From Gemmatimonadota bacterium (GTDB lineage Bacteria > Gemmatimonadota > Gemmatimonadetes > JACCXV01 > JAHWKZ01), in assembly GCA_050732875.1 (NCBI GenBank), contig JBOHRQ010000005.1, forward strand, positions 4,173 through 68,172: DNA of 64,000 bases, given 5' to 3'. The notes beneath the pieces are model-generated. The model worked only from the letters and a program-made list of their open reading frames with translations. It was not told the DNA's origin and made no database searches. Of this stretch, positions 1-8,725 are shown piece by piece. Position 1 is the stretch's first letter. Each line of letters begins with the position of its first letter. A program made the position numbers and the translations under genes.

Positions 1-54
1 GGAGAGCAGATCGGAGCGCTCCGCCGCCCGGATGGCTTCTCTTTCGTCGTACAT
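1..54 (-). CDS. 5' end of an unclassified CDS running off the left edge of the window
   Basis: ATG at 52-54 (minus) opens MYDEREAIRAAERSDLLS...; only 18 codons visible, no motif. Confidence 0.2.
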   Translation of the reverse strand, partial: MYDEREAIRAAERSDLLS

Positions 55-99
55 GGGACCGCGACCAAGGTAGCGTCGGCCGGGCGACCTCGCGCTCGG

Positions 100-1719
100 T
101 CAGCGACCGGTCGTGTCCTGTGGCGCGGCCTCCGTCGCACCCGGGCGGCGCAGCTCCGGCGGGGCCTCGAACGGCACGTACGGGACGGGATCCCGTTCAG
201 GCACATCGTACTGCCGGCGCAGCCTCGCCAGCTTCGTCTTCAGCTCCTGGACCACGTCGGCGTACCACGGGTCGTCATAGACGCTGTGGAGCTCTTCGGG
301 GTCGCGAACCAGGTCGAACAGCTCCCATTCCCCGATCTCGTAGTAGTGGATCAGCTTGTGCCGGTCGGTCCGGACGCCGTACTGGCGCCGCACCATGTGC
401 CAGCCCGGGTACTCGAAGTACTGGTAGTAGATCGCGTCGCGCCAGTCGGGTGGCGTTTCCCCGCGCAGAAGGGGGACGAGGCTCTGCCCCTGCATGCTCC
501 CCGGGATCGGTGCGCCGCCGATTTCGAGGAGCGTCTCGGCGAGGTCCAGGTTCATGACCAGCTCGCGGTTGACGGAGCCGGGCGCGATCATACCCGGCCA
601 GCGGACGAGCAGCGGCGTGCGCAGCGACTCCTCGTACATCCAGCGCTTGTCGAACCAGCCGTGATCGCCCAGGAAGAAGCCTTGGTCCGAGGTGTAGACG
701 ACGACGGTCTCGTCCGCGAGGCCGGCACGATCGAGAACCTCCAGCACCCGTCCGACGTTCGCGTCCACGGCGGCGACGGTGCGCAGGTAGTCCTTGATGT
801 AGCGCTGGTACTTCCAGCGGGTGAGCGCATCGTCCTCCAGGCCCGCGGCGCGGAGGGCTTCGTTCTCGGGACCGTAAGCAGCGTCCCACGCGTTGCGCTG
901 CCCGGACGATAGTCCACCCGGTGCATCGAGCTTGAGGTCCCGCGCGAACAGGTCGAGCGAGATCTTCATCTCGGGGTCCCTCGCCGGCGTGGCCCGCCCG
1001 GCCCCGTCATCCCAGAACGTGGGTGGTTCGGGAATCAGGGTGTCACGGTACAGCCCGAGCTGGTCGGGTCCCGGGTCCCAGTACCGGTGCGGCGCATTGA
1101 ACTGCAGCATGAGCAGGAACGGCCGCTCCTGGTCACCCCTCGCCTGCAGCCACGCCAGCGCGCGGTCCGTGACGATGTCGGGGGTGTAGCCGGTGTGCTG
1201 GGTGCTGTCCGACTCCGAGTACAGTGTCGGGTTGTAGTAGGGCCCCTGGCCCTTCATGATCTCATAATGGCTGAAGCCTTCCGGGAGAGACTTCAGGTGC
1301 CACTTCCCGAACAGCACCGTTTCGTATCCGGCGTCCTGGAGGAGCCCCGGGAACGTGACCGCCGTAGGATGTAGAGAGTCCAGGTTCGTCATCACGCCGC
1401 TCAGGTGGCCGTACTGACCGGTCAGCACGGCGGCCCGGCTCGGCACACAGATCGAGTTGGTGACGAACGCGTTGACGAAGAGCACGCCGCCAGCCGCCAG
1501 CCGGTCGAGATGCGGCGTCCCCGGGAGCCGGGCCCCGTACGACAGATGTGGCCGGTAGGCGGAGAGCGCGTGGGCGGCGTGGTCGTCCGAGAAGAGGAAG
1601 ACGATGTTCGGCCGTGTTTGCGCATCTGCCGGGGAGGATACCGTGAGGACGGCCGCGGCAGCGAACGGCAACGCCGCGGCGATGCGCCGGTTCCTTCGAC
1701 GATGAAGACCGCACCCCAT
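100..1719 (-). CDS. secreted formylglycine-type sulfatase (arylsulfatase / N-acetylglucosamine-6-sulfatase-like)
   Basis: Last 539 codons of track ORF 100..3510. ATG 1717-1719 preceded by GGGAG. Signal-like MGCGLHRRRNRRIAAALPFAAAAVLTVSSPADA. FLFSDDH metal site, CVPSRAAVLTGQ (C-x-P-x-R) motif, GKWH. Confidence 0.9.
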   Translation of the reverse strand: MGCGLHRRRNRRIAAALPFAAAAVLTVSSPADAQTRPNIVFLFSDDHAAHALSAYRPHLSYGARLPGTPHLDRLAAGGVLFVNAFVTNSICVPSRAAVLTGQYGHLSGVMTNLDSLHPTAVTFPGLLQDAGYETVLFGKWHLKSLPEGFSHYEIMKGQGPYYNPTLYSESDSTQHTGYTPDIVTDRALAWLQARGDQERPFLLMLQFNAPHRYWDPGPDQLGLYRDTLIPEPPTFWDDGAGRATPARDPEMKISLDLFARDLKLDAPGGLSSGQRNAWDAAYGPENEALRAAGLEDDALTRWKYQRYIKDYLRTVAAVDANVGRVLEVLDRAGLADETVVVYTSDQGFFLGDHGWFDKRWMYEESLRTPLLVRWPGMIAPGSVNRELVMNLDLAETLLEIGGAPIPGSMQGQSLVPLLRGETPPDWRDAIYYQYFEYPGWHMVRRQYGVRTDRHKLIHYYEIGEWELFDLVRDPEELHSVYDDPWYADVVQELKTKLARLRRQYDVPERDPVPYVPFEAPPELRRPGATEAAPQDTTGR

Positions 1720-1830
1720 CGACTCCCAACGTCGTTCGGGGCGACCGACTTCGCAATCACCGGGGTTGCGTGCCGGGAGCAGCCCTGGTTGGCGACGTCC
1801 GCGCCGCGACCGATGTAGGATGAGGAGCCC

Positions 1831-4017
1831 ATGAACGGCCACGACCACCACACGGATCCCGCCCCGACGCACCGGGACGAGGAGACGCCGGCGAAGACCG
1901 GGCATTCCGGGCACTCGCAGCATCACACACGAAGTCATGGCCGCGGCGGGCACGAGGGCCACGGCGGACACGAAGGCCACGGCGGGCACGAGGGCCACGG
2001 CGGACACGAAGGCCACGTCGGTGTTGAAGGCCGGGTCGGTCATGCGGGCCACGACAAGCACGCCGGCCATTCGGTCGAGATGTTCCGCGACCGGTTCTGG
2101 CTGTCTCTCGCGCTCACGATCCCGACGCTCATCTGGGGACACATGCTCCCCCAGCTCACCGGTTGGCATGCGCCCGCCTTCCCGGGATCGGAATGGATCG
2201 CGCCCGTCTTCGGGACAGCGGTATTCGTGTACGGCGGCCGCGTGTTCCTCGAGGGGGCCGTCCGCGAGCTGAAGGACCGTCTGCCGGGGATGATGACGCT
2301 GATCGCGCTCGCGATCAGCGTGGCCTTCGTGTTCAGCGCGGCGGTCACGCTGGGCTATCCCGGCACGCCGCTCTGGGAGGAGCTGGCCACCCTGGTGACG
2401 GTGATGCTGCTCGGCCACTGGATCGAGATGCGCTCGATCTTCCAGGCCCAGGGAGCGCTGAAGGAGCTGGCGAAGCTCCTGCCGGCGACCGCCGAGCGGG
2501 TCATCGGGGAGCGGACCGAGGATGTGCCGCTGGACGCCCTTCGAGACGGTGACGTCGTGCTCGTCCGGCCGGGCGCCAGCGTTCCGGCGGACGGCATCGT
2601 CCGAAGCGGCAGGAGCTCGGTCAACGAATCGATGATCACCGGCGAATCGCGTCCCATCGCCAAGAGCGAAGGCGATGAAGTCATCGCGGGCACGTCCAAC
2701 GGCGAGGGATCGTTGCGGGTCGAGGTCACGAAGACGGGGGAGAAGACTGCCCTCGCCGGCATCATGCGGCTGGTCGAGCAGGCGCAGACGTCTCGCTCGC
2801 GGGCTCAGGCGCTTGCAGATCGGGCCGCGTTCTTCCTGACGCTGGTGGCGGTCGCCGCGGGCGTGATCACGGCCGTCGTCTGGCTCGCGCTGGATGCGGA
2901 AGGCTCGTTCGTCGTCGAGCGCGTGGTCTCGACGCTGGTGGTCGCGTGCCCGCATGCGCTCGGGCTCGCGATCCCGCTCGTCATCGCGATCTCGACGACG
3001 CTGGGTGCCAGGAACGGGCTCCTGGTGCGCGACCGCCGCGGGCTGGAGGAGGCGAGAAAGCTGGACGCGGTCGTGTTCGACAAGACGGGGACGCTCACCC
3101 TCGGCGAGCACCGGGTCGTGTCGATGCGCGCGGCTACGGGCATGGACGAGTCGGATGCGCTTCGTCTGGCCGCTGCCGTCGAGCGCGACTCCGAGCATCC
3201 GATCGCCCGCGCCATCCTCGCCAGCGCCGAAGAGCGAGGGATCCAGGTGCCGGTTGCGGAGGAATTCGAGGCCCTGCCCGGGCACGGCGTCCGCGCCCGC
3301 GTCGACGGTCGCGTGCTGGAGGTGGGGGGGCCCAACCTTCTTCGGCAGCTGGGATCCTCGCCTTCGCCGGAGCTGGCCGACGCGGCCTCGGAGGCGGCCT
3401 CGAAGGGTCAATCGGCGGTCTATCTCGTCGAGAACGGGCGCGTTCTCGCCGTGTTCGCCATCGCCGACGCGATCCGGCCGGAGTCCGCCGAAGCGGTGCG
3501 CCGGTTGCACGATAACGGCATCGAGGTCGTGATGCTGAGCGGGGACTCGCGCGCGGTGGCCGACGCCGTGGCGCAGGAACTCGGCATCGACACCGTCTTC
3601 GCGGAGGTGGTCCCGGAAGACAAGGTGCGGAAGATCGAGGAGCTGAAGAGCCAGGGGAAACGGGTCGCCATGGTCGGGGACGGCGTGAACGACGCCCCGG
3701 CCCTCCTGGCCGCGGACGTTGGGCTGGCCATCGGCGCGGGAACCGATGTCGCGGTCGAGGCGGGCGACGTCGTGCTCGTCCGAAGTGATCCGCGCGACGT
3801 GGCGCGGATCGTCGAGTTGAGCCAGGCGAGCTACCGGAAGATGATCCAGAACCTGTGGTGGGCGGCGGGCTACAACATCGTCGCCATCCCGCTCGCCGCC
3901 GGCGTCCTGGCACGCTACGGCATTCTGCTGGCGCCCGCAGTCGCCGCGGTCCTCATGTCGGCGAGCACCGTCATCGTGGCCATCAACGCGCAGCTGCTGC
4001 GACGGGTACGGATCTGA
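1831..4017 (+). CDS. copB: P1B-type heavy-metal (copper) translocating ATPase, CopB-like with His-rich N-terminus
   Basis: 728 aa. N-terminal (GHEGHG)n. TM CPH motif (VVACPHALGLAIP), DKTGTLT phosphorylation site, GDGVNDAPAL hinge. RBS GAGGAG before ATG 1831. Confidence 0.93.
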   Translation: MNGHDHHTDPAPTHRDEETPAKTGHSGHSQHHTRSHGRGGHEGHGGHEGHGGHEGHGGHEGHVGVEGRVGHAGHDKHAGHSVEMFRDRFWLSLALTIPTLIWGHMLPQLTGWHAPAFPGSEWIAPVFGTAVFVYGGRVFLEGAVRELKDRLPGMMTLIALAISVAFVFSAAVTLGYPGTPLWEELATLVTVMLLGHWIEMRSIFQAQGALKELAKLLPATAERVIGERTEDVPLDALRDGDVVLVRPGASVPADGIVRSGRSSVNESMITGESRPIAKSEGDEVIAGTSNGEGSLRVEVTKTGEKTALAGIMRLVEQAQTSRSRAQALADRAAFFLTLVAVAAGVITAVVWLALDAEGSFVVERVVSTLVVACPHALGLAIPLVIAISTTLGARNGLLVRDRRGLEEARKLDAVVFDKTGTLTLGEHRVVSMRAATGMDESDALRLAAAVERDSEHPIARAILASAEERGIQVPVAEEFEALPGHGVRARVDGRVLEVGGPNLLRQLGSSPSPELADAASEAASKGQSAVYLVENGRVLAVFAIADAIRPESAEAVRRLHDNGIEVVMLSGDSRAVADAVAQELGIDTVFAEVVPEDKVRKIEELKSQGKRVAMVGDGVNDAPALLAADVGLAIGAGTDVAVEAGDVVLVRSDPRDVARIVELSQASYRKMIQNLWWAAGYNIVAIPLAAGVLARYGILLAPAVAAVLMSASTVIVAINAQLLRRVRI
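1945..2016 (+). repeat. perfect 36-nt x2 tandem duplication inside the copB His-rich coding region
   Basis: ggcgggcacgagggccacggcggacacgaaggccac occurs at 1945-1980 and identically at 1981-2016; encodes GGHEGHGGHEGH twice. Confidence 0.9.
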
Positions 4018-4049
4018 AGATCAGCCGCCTCGGAAACTGCGGGCCTGGC

Positions 4050-4067
4050 ATCGCATGATCATGCGAT
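4050..4067. promoter_or_regulatory. 18-bp perfect palindrome ATCGCATGATCATGCGAT between copB and the peroxidase gene (operator or hairpin candidate)
   Basis: Read directly; 33 nt after the copB stop and 98 nt before ATG 4165; not followed by a T-tract. Confidence 0.3.
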
Positions 4068-4164
4068 AGCGGACCGCCTGCCGCGGCGCAAGAATAACTC
4101 ATGACAGAAAGCTCAGGTCCGGAACTTTCCGTGACGTGTTCCGAAGGCCGAACAGGAGGAGACC

Positions 4165-5610
4165 ATGCGATCCGCCTTCCTCGCGAATATCGCCGTTTCG
4201 GCGCTGCTGGCCGTGACCCTCGCCGCGTGCGGCGAAGATCCTAACGACCTCACTGCGCCGCAGGTCGAGGAGACCCGGGGCGACAAGGCTCCAGCGATCG
4301 CACGAGGTCTGGATGCGGAACTCGTGCGGGTCCTCGGGGAGTGGGGCTTCACGGGAGGGATCGGATCGCAGCTCCAGGTCCGCCTCGGGCGGCCCATCGA
4401 TCGCCGGCTCGCTCGCGTCGGCGGCCTGGTGTTCTTCGATCGTGTGACGGGGCTGAACGGCGACAACAGCTGCTCCGGCTGCCACGGACCCAACGCGAGC
4501 TTCAACGATACCCAGTCCATCGCCATCGGAGTCGAGAACAACGGCGTGGTCGGACCGGGCCGATCGGGCCCCCGGAACCAGCGGCGCTCCCCCACGATCG
4601 TGAACGCCGCCTTCTACCCGCGGCTCATGTGGAACTCTCGCTTCGAGGCGCTGTCCCGCGATCCCTTCAACAATTCGATGGGGTTCCTGTTCCCGGCGCC
4701 GGAAGGCCTCTCGCTGTCGCACATGGACCACCTGCTCGGCGCTCAGGCGCATATCCCGTTCACCGAGCGGGTGGAGATGGCCGGCTTCGAGTTCCCGGGG
4801 GACAACGATGATATCCGCGGGGAGGTTCTCCGGCGGCTGAACGAAATCCGCCGATACCGGACGCTCTTCGGCCAGGTCTTTCCCGCGGTGAAGGCGGGCG
4901 GGCCGATCACCTTCGAGCACGTGGGGGCCGCGATCGCGGAGTTCTCGTTCACCCTCGTGCGCGCCGATGCGCCGATCGATCGGTTCGCCCGCGGCGACCA
5001 CAACGCGCTCAGCGGCGACGAGAAGCGCGGGGCCTTGCTGTTCTTCGGCGAAGCCGGGTGCGTGCGGTGCCACAGCGTCGCGGGTGAGTCGAACGAGATG
5101 TTCAGCGACTTCGAGGAGCACGTCCTCGGCGTCCCCCAGGTGGCGCCGTCGTTCGGGAACGTGGCCTTCGACGGCCCCGGAGCGGACGAGGATTTCGGGC
5201 TGGAGCAGATCACCGGCGACGCGGCCGACCGCTACAAGTTCCGGACCTCTCCGATCCGCAACGTCGGCCTGCAGCCGACATTCATGCACAACGGAGCGTT
5301 CGTCACCCTCGAGGACGCGATCCGCCACCACCTGGATGTCCGGGCGTCCCTGGAGAGCTACACGAGCCAGGCGCTCGACGCCGACCTCCAGGTCCGGCTC
5401 GGTCCCATGGAGCCGGTGCTCAGTCGGCTGGACCCGCGGGTGCAGACACCGACCGCGCTGTCGGACGAGGAGTTCCAGCAGCTCGTGAGCTTCGTACGGC
5501 ACGGCCTCACCGACCCCGCCGCACGCCCGGAGCGTCTCCGGCATCTGGTGCCAGGCGCCCTCCCGAGCGGCGAGCCGGTGCATGTGTTCGAGTTCAGCTT
5601 CGGAAACTGA
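4165..5610 (+). CDS. di-haem cytochrome c peroxidase (CCP/MauG family), lipoprotein
   Basis: 481 aa. Lipobox LAACG. Two haem c sites CSGCHG and CVRCHS. RBS AGGAGGA before the ATG. Confidence 0.88.
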   Translation: MRSAFLANIAVSALLAVTLAACGEDPNDLTAPQVEETRGDKAPAIARGLDAELVRVLGEWGFTGGIGSQLQVRLGRPIDRRLARVGGLVFFDRVTGLNGDNSCSGCHGPNASFNDTQSIAIGVENNGVVGPGRSGPRNQRRSPTIVNAAFYPRLMWNSRFEALSRDPFNNSMGFLFPAPEGLSLSHMDHLLGAQAHIPFTERVEMAGFEFPGDNDDIRGEVLRRLNEIRRYRTLFGQVFPAVKAGGPITFEHVGAAIAEFSFTLVRADAPIDRFARGDHNALSGDEKRGALLFFGEAGCVRCHSVAGESNEMFSDFEEHVLGVPQVAPSFGNVAFDGPGADEDFGLEQITGDAADRYKFRTSPIRNVGLQPTFMHNGAFVTLEDAIRHHLDVRASLESYTSQALDADLQVRLGPMEPVLSRLDPRVQTPTALSDEEFQQLVSFVRHGLTDPAARPERLRHLVPGALPSGEPVHVFEFSFGN

Positions 5611-5668
5611 CTGGCCGAGGCCCCGCGGCCATCGCACGGGCGCCGGCCTGCTTGTCAGGATCTGTTCA

Positions 5669-6694
5669 TCAGGAGCCGTTTCTGGCGCTGGCCGTTCCCG
5701 CCCGCGCCTCCCCGAGCACGCGCCAGACGTTGAATACGTGCAGCCCCTCGAGGAAGGCGCGCGTCTCCCGGTCGATGTCGCCAGGTATGTAGGAATCCGG
5801 CAGCGGGAAAGCCGCCAGGGCGGTCTCGAGCGTGTCCTCCGACCGGGCCGGGCCGGACACCAGGGCGCTCAGGTAGCTCAGGTAAGCGCCGAGAATTCCG
5901 CTCGGCACGATCGGGCCGTGGCCGGGAACGATCGTTTCGACGTCGAGCGCGGCCGTGAAGCGCTCGATGGTTCCGAGGTACGCCTCGGCTCCGCCCTCGA
6001 TCAGGAACGGTATTCCGACTCCCAGCACCAGGTTGCCGGTCCAGGCGACCCTGGCCTCCGGCACGTACACGATGGCGTCTCCAGGGGTGTTGCCGGGGCC
6101 GAAGTGGTAGAGCTCCACCACGCGCCCGCCCAGATCGAGCCGCAGGGAATCGTCGAACACGATGTCCGGAAGGCGCAGCTGGACGTCGTCATAGACGCTC
6201 GGGTCGCCGTTCACGGTCGCCAGCAGGAATTCCTTCTCGGCCTCGAAATCCTGCATCCGCTGGGCGGTCGCTCGATGGGCCACGATCCGCGTCTCGGCGG
6301 GGAACGCGTAGTTCCCGAACGTGTGGTCGCCGTGGTAGTTGGTGTTGACCAGATAGAGGATCGGCCTGTCGGTCACCGCCTTGACCGCATCCTGGATCTG
6401 GCGGGCCATCCCGGCGTTGATGTGGGCGTCGATGACGAGAACCACCCGTTCGCCGACCACGAAGCCGCTGTTGTCGACCCCGTTGTGGTCCGAGACGAGC
6501 GCGTAGACCCCGTCACCCAGCTGACGGGTTTGGAGACGCGCTCCGCCGGGATGGAGCGGCGGCGGGATGAACGCCGCCGGACGCTCGGACAGATCCGGGA
6601 TCTGGGCGCGAGCGACCTCCGTGCCGGCCGGAATGACGAAGGTGGACGCCGCCAGGACGGCCAGGAAATGGAAGGTTCGCGAGTTGGGGCCCAT
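5669..6694 (-). CDS. secreted MBL-fold metallo-hydrolase
   Basis: 341 aa. Signal peptide ...FVIPAGTEVARAQ. NTNYHGDHTFGN (N/HxHxDH-type metal motif). RBS GAGGAG. Confidence 0.8.
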   Translation of the reverse strand: MGPNSRTFHFLAVLAASTFVIPAGTEVARAQIPDLSERPAAFIPPPLHPGGARLQTRQLGDGVYALVSDHNGVDNSGFVVGERVVLVIDAHINAGMARQIQDAVKAVTDRPILYLVNTNYHGDHTFGNYAFPAETRIVAHRATAQRMQDFEAEKEFLLATVNGDPSVYDDVQLRLPDIVFDDSLRLDLGGRVVELYHFGPGNTPGDAIVYVPEARVAWTGNLVLGVGIPFLIEGGAEAYLGTIERFTAALDVETIVPGHGPIVPSGILGAYLSYLSALVSGPARSEDTLETALAAFPLPDSYIPGDIDRETRAFLEGLHVFNVWRVLGEARAGTASARNGS

Positions 6695-6710
6695 CGTCTC
6701 CTCGGATTAA

Positions 6711-6722
6711 GTGTATATACAT
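6711..6722. promoter_or_regulatory. GTGTATATACAT box upstream of the MBL hydrolase gene (contains 10-bp palindrome TGTATATACA); candidate MarR operator / -10 region
   Basis: 17 nt upstream of ATG 6694; near-identical copy at 7198-7209. Confidence 0.35.
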
Positions 6723-6758
6723 CTGTCCGACGAAAAAAAGGGTGCGAAGAATGAGTCG

Positions 6759-7193
6759 CTAGGCAGCCTCCGCGGCGCGGGTCACTTCCACTAGCCGCTC
6801 CAGGAGGAACGACCAGCTCTCGTCGCCGAGTGCCTTTCTCAGTCGAGCCTGAGCGGATTCCCAGTGCGGCAGGGCCGCCTCCAGACGGCGTCTTCCCTTG
6901 AGGGTGAGCCGGACCCAGCGCTCGCGACGATCGTCGCCTGGGCGGGAGGCCACCCATCCCTGTTCCTCGAGCCGGCCGAGGGTGCGGGTCAGCGTGGTGG
7001 AGTCGATGGCCAGCCGTTCGGCCAGCTCCCCCTGCGTGACATCGTCCAGCCGAGACAGCGCCATCAGCAGCGTGAACTGGGTCGGCGCGAGCCCGCTCTT
7101 GCGGATCTCGGAGCCGTACAGGCGTCCCACCGCGCGCTCGGCCCGGCGCAGGTTGGCTGAGAAGCAGGGGAGATCCATGAGAGGAGGTGTCAT
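6759..7193 (-). CDS. MarR-family transcriptional regulator
   Basis: 144 aa. Winged-helix segment LAPTQFTLLMALSRLDDVTQGELAERLAIDSTTLTRTLGRLEEQGWV. Confidence 0.88.
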   Translation of the reverse strand: MTPPLMDLPCFSANLRRAERAVGRLYGSEIRKSGLAPTQFTLLMALSRLDDVTQGELAERLAIDSTTLTRTLGRLEEQGWVASRPGDDRRERWVRLTLKGRRRLEAALPHWESAQARLRKALGDESWSFLLERLVEVTRAAEAA

Positions 7194-7197
7194 GTAG

Positions 7198-7209
7198 GTG
7201 TATATGCAT
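7198..7209. promoter_or_regulatory. GTGTATATGCAT box immediately upstream of marR (11/12 identical to 6711-6722)
   Basis: Ends 4 nt from marR ATG 7193; on the coding strand reads ATGCATATACAC-CTAC-ATG. Confidence 0.35.
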
Positions 7210-7273
7210 CATTTTGGACCAAATGTCAAGATCGGGTTGACGAAAGACCCAGGCCTCTTCCGTGGAAGCCTCC

Positions 7274-7671
7274 TCAGGAAGACTGATAGTCAGCGATCTC
7301 GATGCCCGGGACGCGTCGGAAGTGTTCGGCATTCTTTGTCACGAGCGGCATGTCATTGGCGAGCGCCGTGGCGGCGATCCAAAGGTCGTTGGTGCCGATC
7401 AGCATACCGTTGGCCTGCAGGTGTCGAAAGGTCGCCCCGTACCTCCAGCAGACCTCCCGGGTGGCGCTCAGAATATGAAAGGGTGCCAGAAAATCAGACC
7501 ATGCCTTAACGGTTTCCAAAACTCTTCATGGCCGCCAGCTCACCGGCCACCGTGAAGGTGATGGAACAACCACTTCCCTCCGTGAAATCTCGAGAACCGG
7601 TGCGCGGGTCCCTCCTGGCCCCGCCCTCGTTCCCGTTCCAGGTCGATCAGGTAGGTCGTCTCGAGAATCAG
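7274..7671 (-). pseudogene. vapC: PIN-domain VapC toxin gene disrupted by two frameshifts
   Basis: Three frames carry consecutive VapC-like text. LILETTYLIDLERERG...PAHRF (from 7671, abutting the antitoxin stop), then ...CSITFTVAGELAAMKS (stop near 7513), then ETVKAWSDFLAPFHILSATREVCWRYG...NDLWIAATALANDMPLVTKNAEHFRRVPGIEI (7274..7519 track ORF). Confidence 0.7.
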
Positions 7672-7916
7672 ACGGTCTTCCACTTGTCCTCGGGCGCTCG
7701 CTCCTCTCTCTTGCCGCGCTCGATCCGGTTGAGCTCCTCTTCGGTGAAGAACGGCCCCCTCCTCCGGTACCAATCCAGGAGTTCGGCCCCGGTGACGGTT
7801 TCCTCCGGCCAGCTTGCCCGAAGCACGATCTCGCTGAAGGACTCGCCTGAATAACGCCGGGCGCCCTTGAGCTTCTCGTAGGCGTCGAGTCGCAGGGAGA
7901 TCGTCTTGGATGCCAT
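7668..7916 (-). CDS. vapB: VapB-type antitoxin (archaeal/bacterial 'putative antitoxin' family)
   Basis: 82 aa from ATG 7914-7916. MASKTISLRLDAYEKLKGARRYSGESFSEIVL matches the KTISLxxEAYExLK...GESFSxVI antitoxin pattern. Its stop abuts the PIN gene start. Confidence 0.65.
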   Translation of the reverse strand: MASKTISLRLDAYEKLKGARRYSGESFSEIVLRASWPEETVTGAELLDWYRRRGPFFTEEELNRIERGKREERAPEDKWKTV

Positions 7917-8134
7917 GCGCAGAAAATGCATATTGTGTGTATTCTTGGTCAAGGCATATCCGCAGCCTGGATCGGCGAAGCGCAAAAGCGGCCTGAGCCG
8001 TAAGAAATCCGCTGGCCAGGCACGAAGGAACACAACTAGGGTCAAGTGACGAGACCTCACACGATGACATTGGAAAGAGAGATGCAAAAGAGGGGGGAAC
8101 GCCATCCGACGGATCGCCTCCCGAGGCCTCCTCG

Positions 8135-8725
8135 ATGAGCGCGGATACTCTGGACGAGTACCGCCGGAAGCGTGACTTCCGGAAGACGAAGGAGCCACGT
8201 GGCGGGAGGAAGGGGAAGGCGGGCCGCCGCTTCGTGATCCAGAAGCACGACGCATCGTCGCTACACTACGACTTCCGCCTGGAGGCCGACGGCGTGCTCA
8301 AATCCTGGGCCGTCCCCAAGGGACCCTCCACCGATCCCCGGGACAAGCGGCTGGCCATGCCGACCGAGGACCACCCGCTGGGCTACCGCGACTTCGAGGG
8401 CGTGATCCCCGAAGGGGAGTACGGCGCCGGGGCGGTGATCGTCTGGGACCGGGGGACGTACCGGAACCTGACGGACGAGGACGGAGAGGAGACCCCGGTC
8501 GCCGATGCCATAGACGGTGGACACCTCAAGATCTGGCTGGACGGTGAGAAACTGCGCGGTGGCTTCGCGCTGACCAGGATCGGCAAGGCCAAGGACGAGC
8601 GCTGGCTCCTGGTCAAGATGGACGACGACGAGGCCGACGCCCGCCGCAACCCGGTCGGCACCGAGCCCCAGTCCGTTCTCACCGGCCGCACGGTCGAGGA
8701 GGTCGCCGAAGAGGAAGGCGGATGA
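8135..8725 (+). CDS. ligD: stand-alone LigD 3'-phosphoesterase (PE) domain protein
   Basis: 196 aa. FVIQKHDASSLHYDFRLE...LKSWAVPKGPS...EDHPL.Y..FEG.IP.GEYGAG motif series. Stop overlaps the next start (ATGA at 8722-8725). Confidence 0.88.
   Translation: MSADTLDEYRRKRDFRKTKEPRGGRKGKAGRRFVIQKHDASSLHYDFRLEADGVLKSWAVPKGPSTDPRDKRLAMPTEDHPLGYRDFEGVIPEGEYGAGAVIVWDRGTYRNLTDEDGEETPVADAIDGGHLKIWLDGEKLRGGFALTRIGKAKDERWLLVKMDDDEADARRNPVGTEPQSVLTGRTVEEVAEEEGG

Noticed and set aside
1720-3510. Upstream 597 codons of the 1136-aa minus-strand track ORF (100..3510)
   Set aside because: Arg/Asp/Gly/His-rich text with no motifs, exactly antisense to the well-supported copB gene. This is the typical open antisense frame of high-GC DNA. 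Only the sulfatase part (100-1719) is credible.
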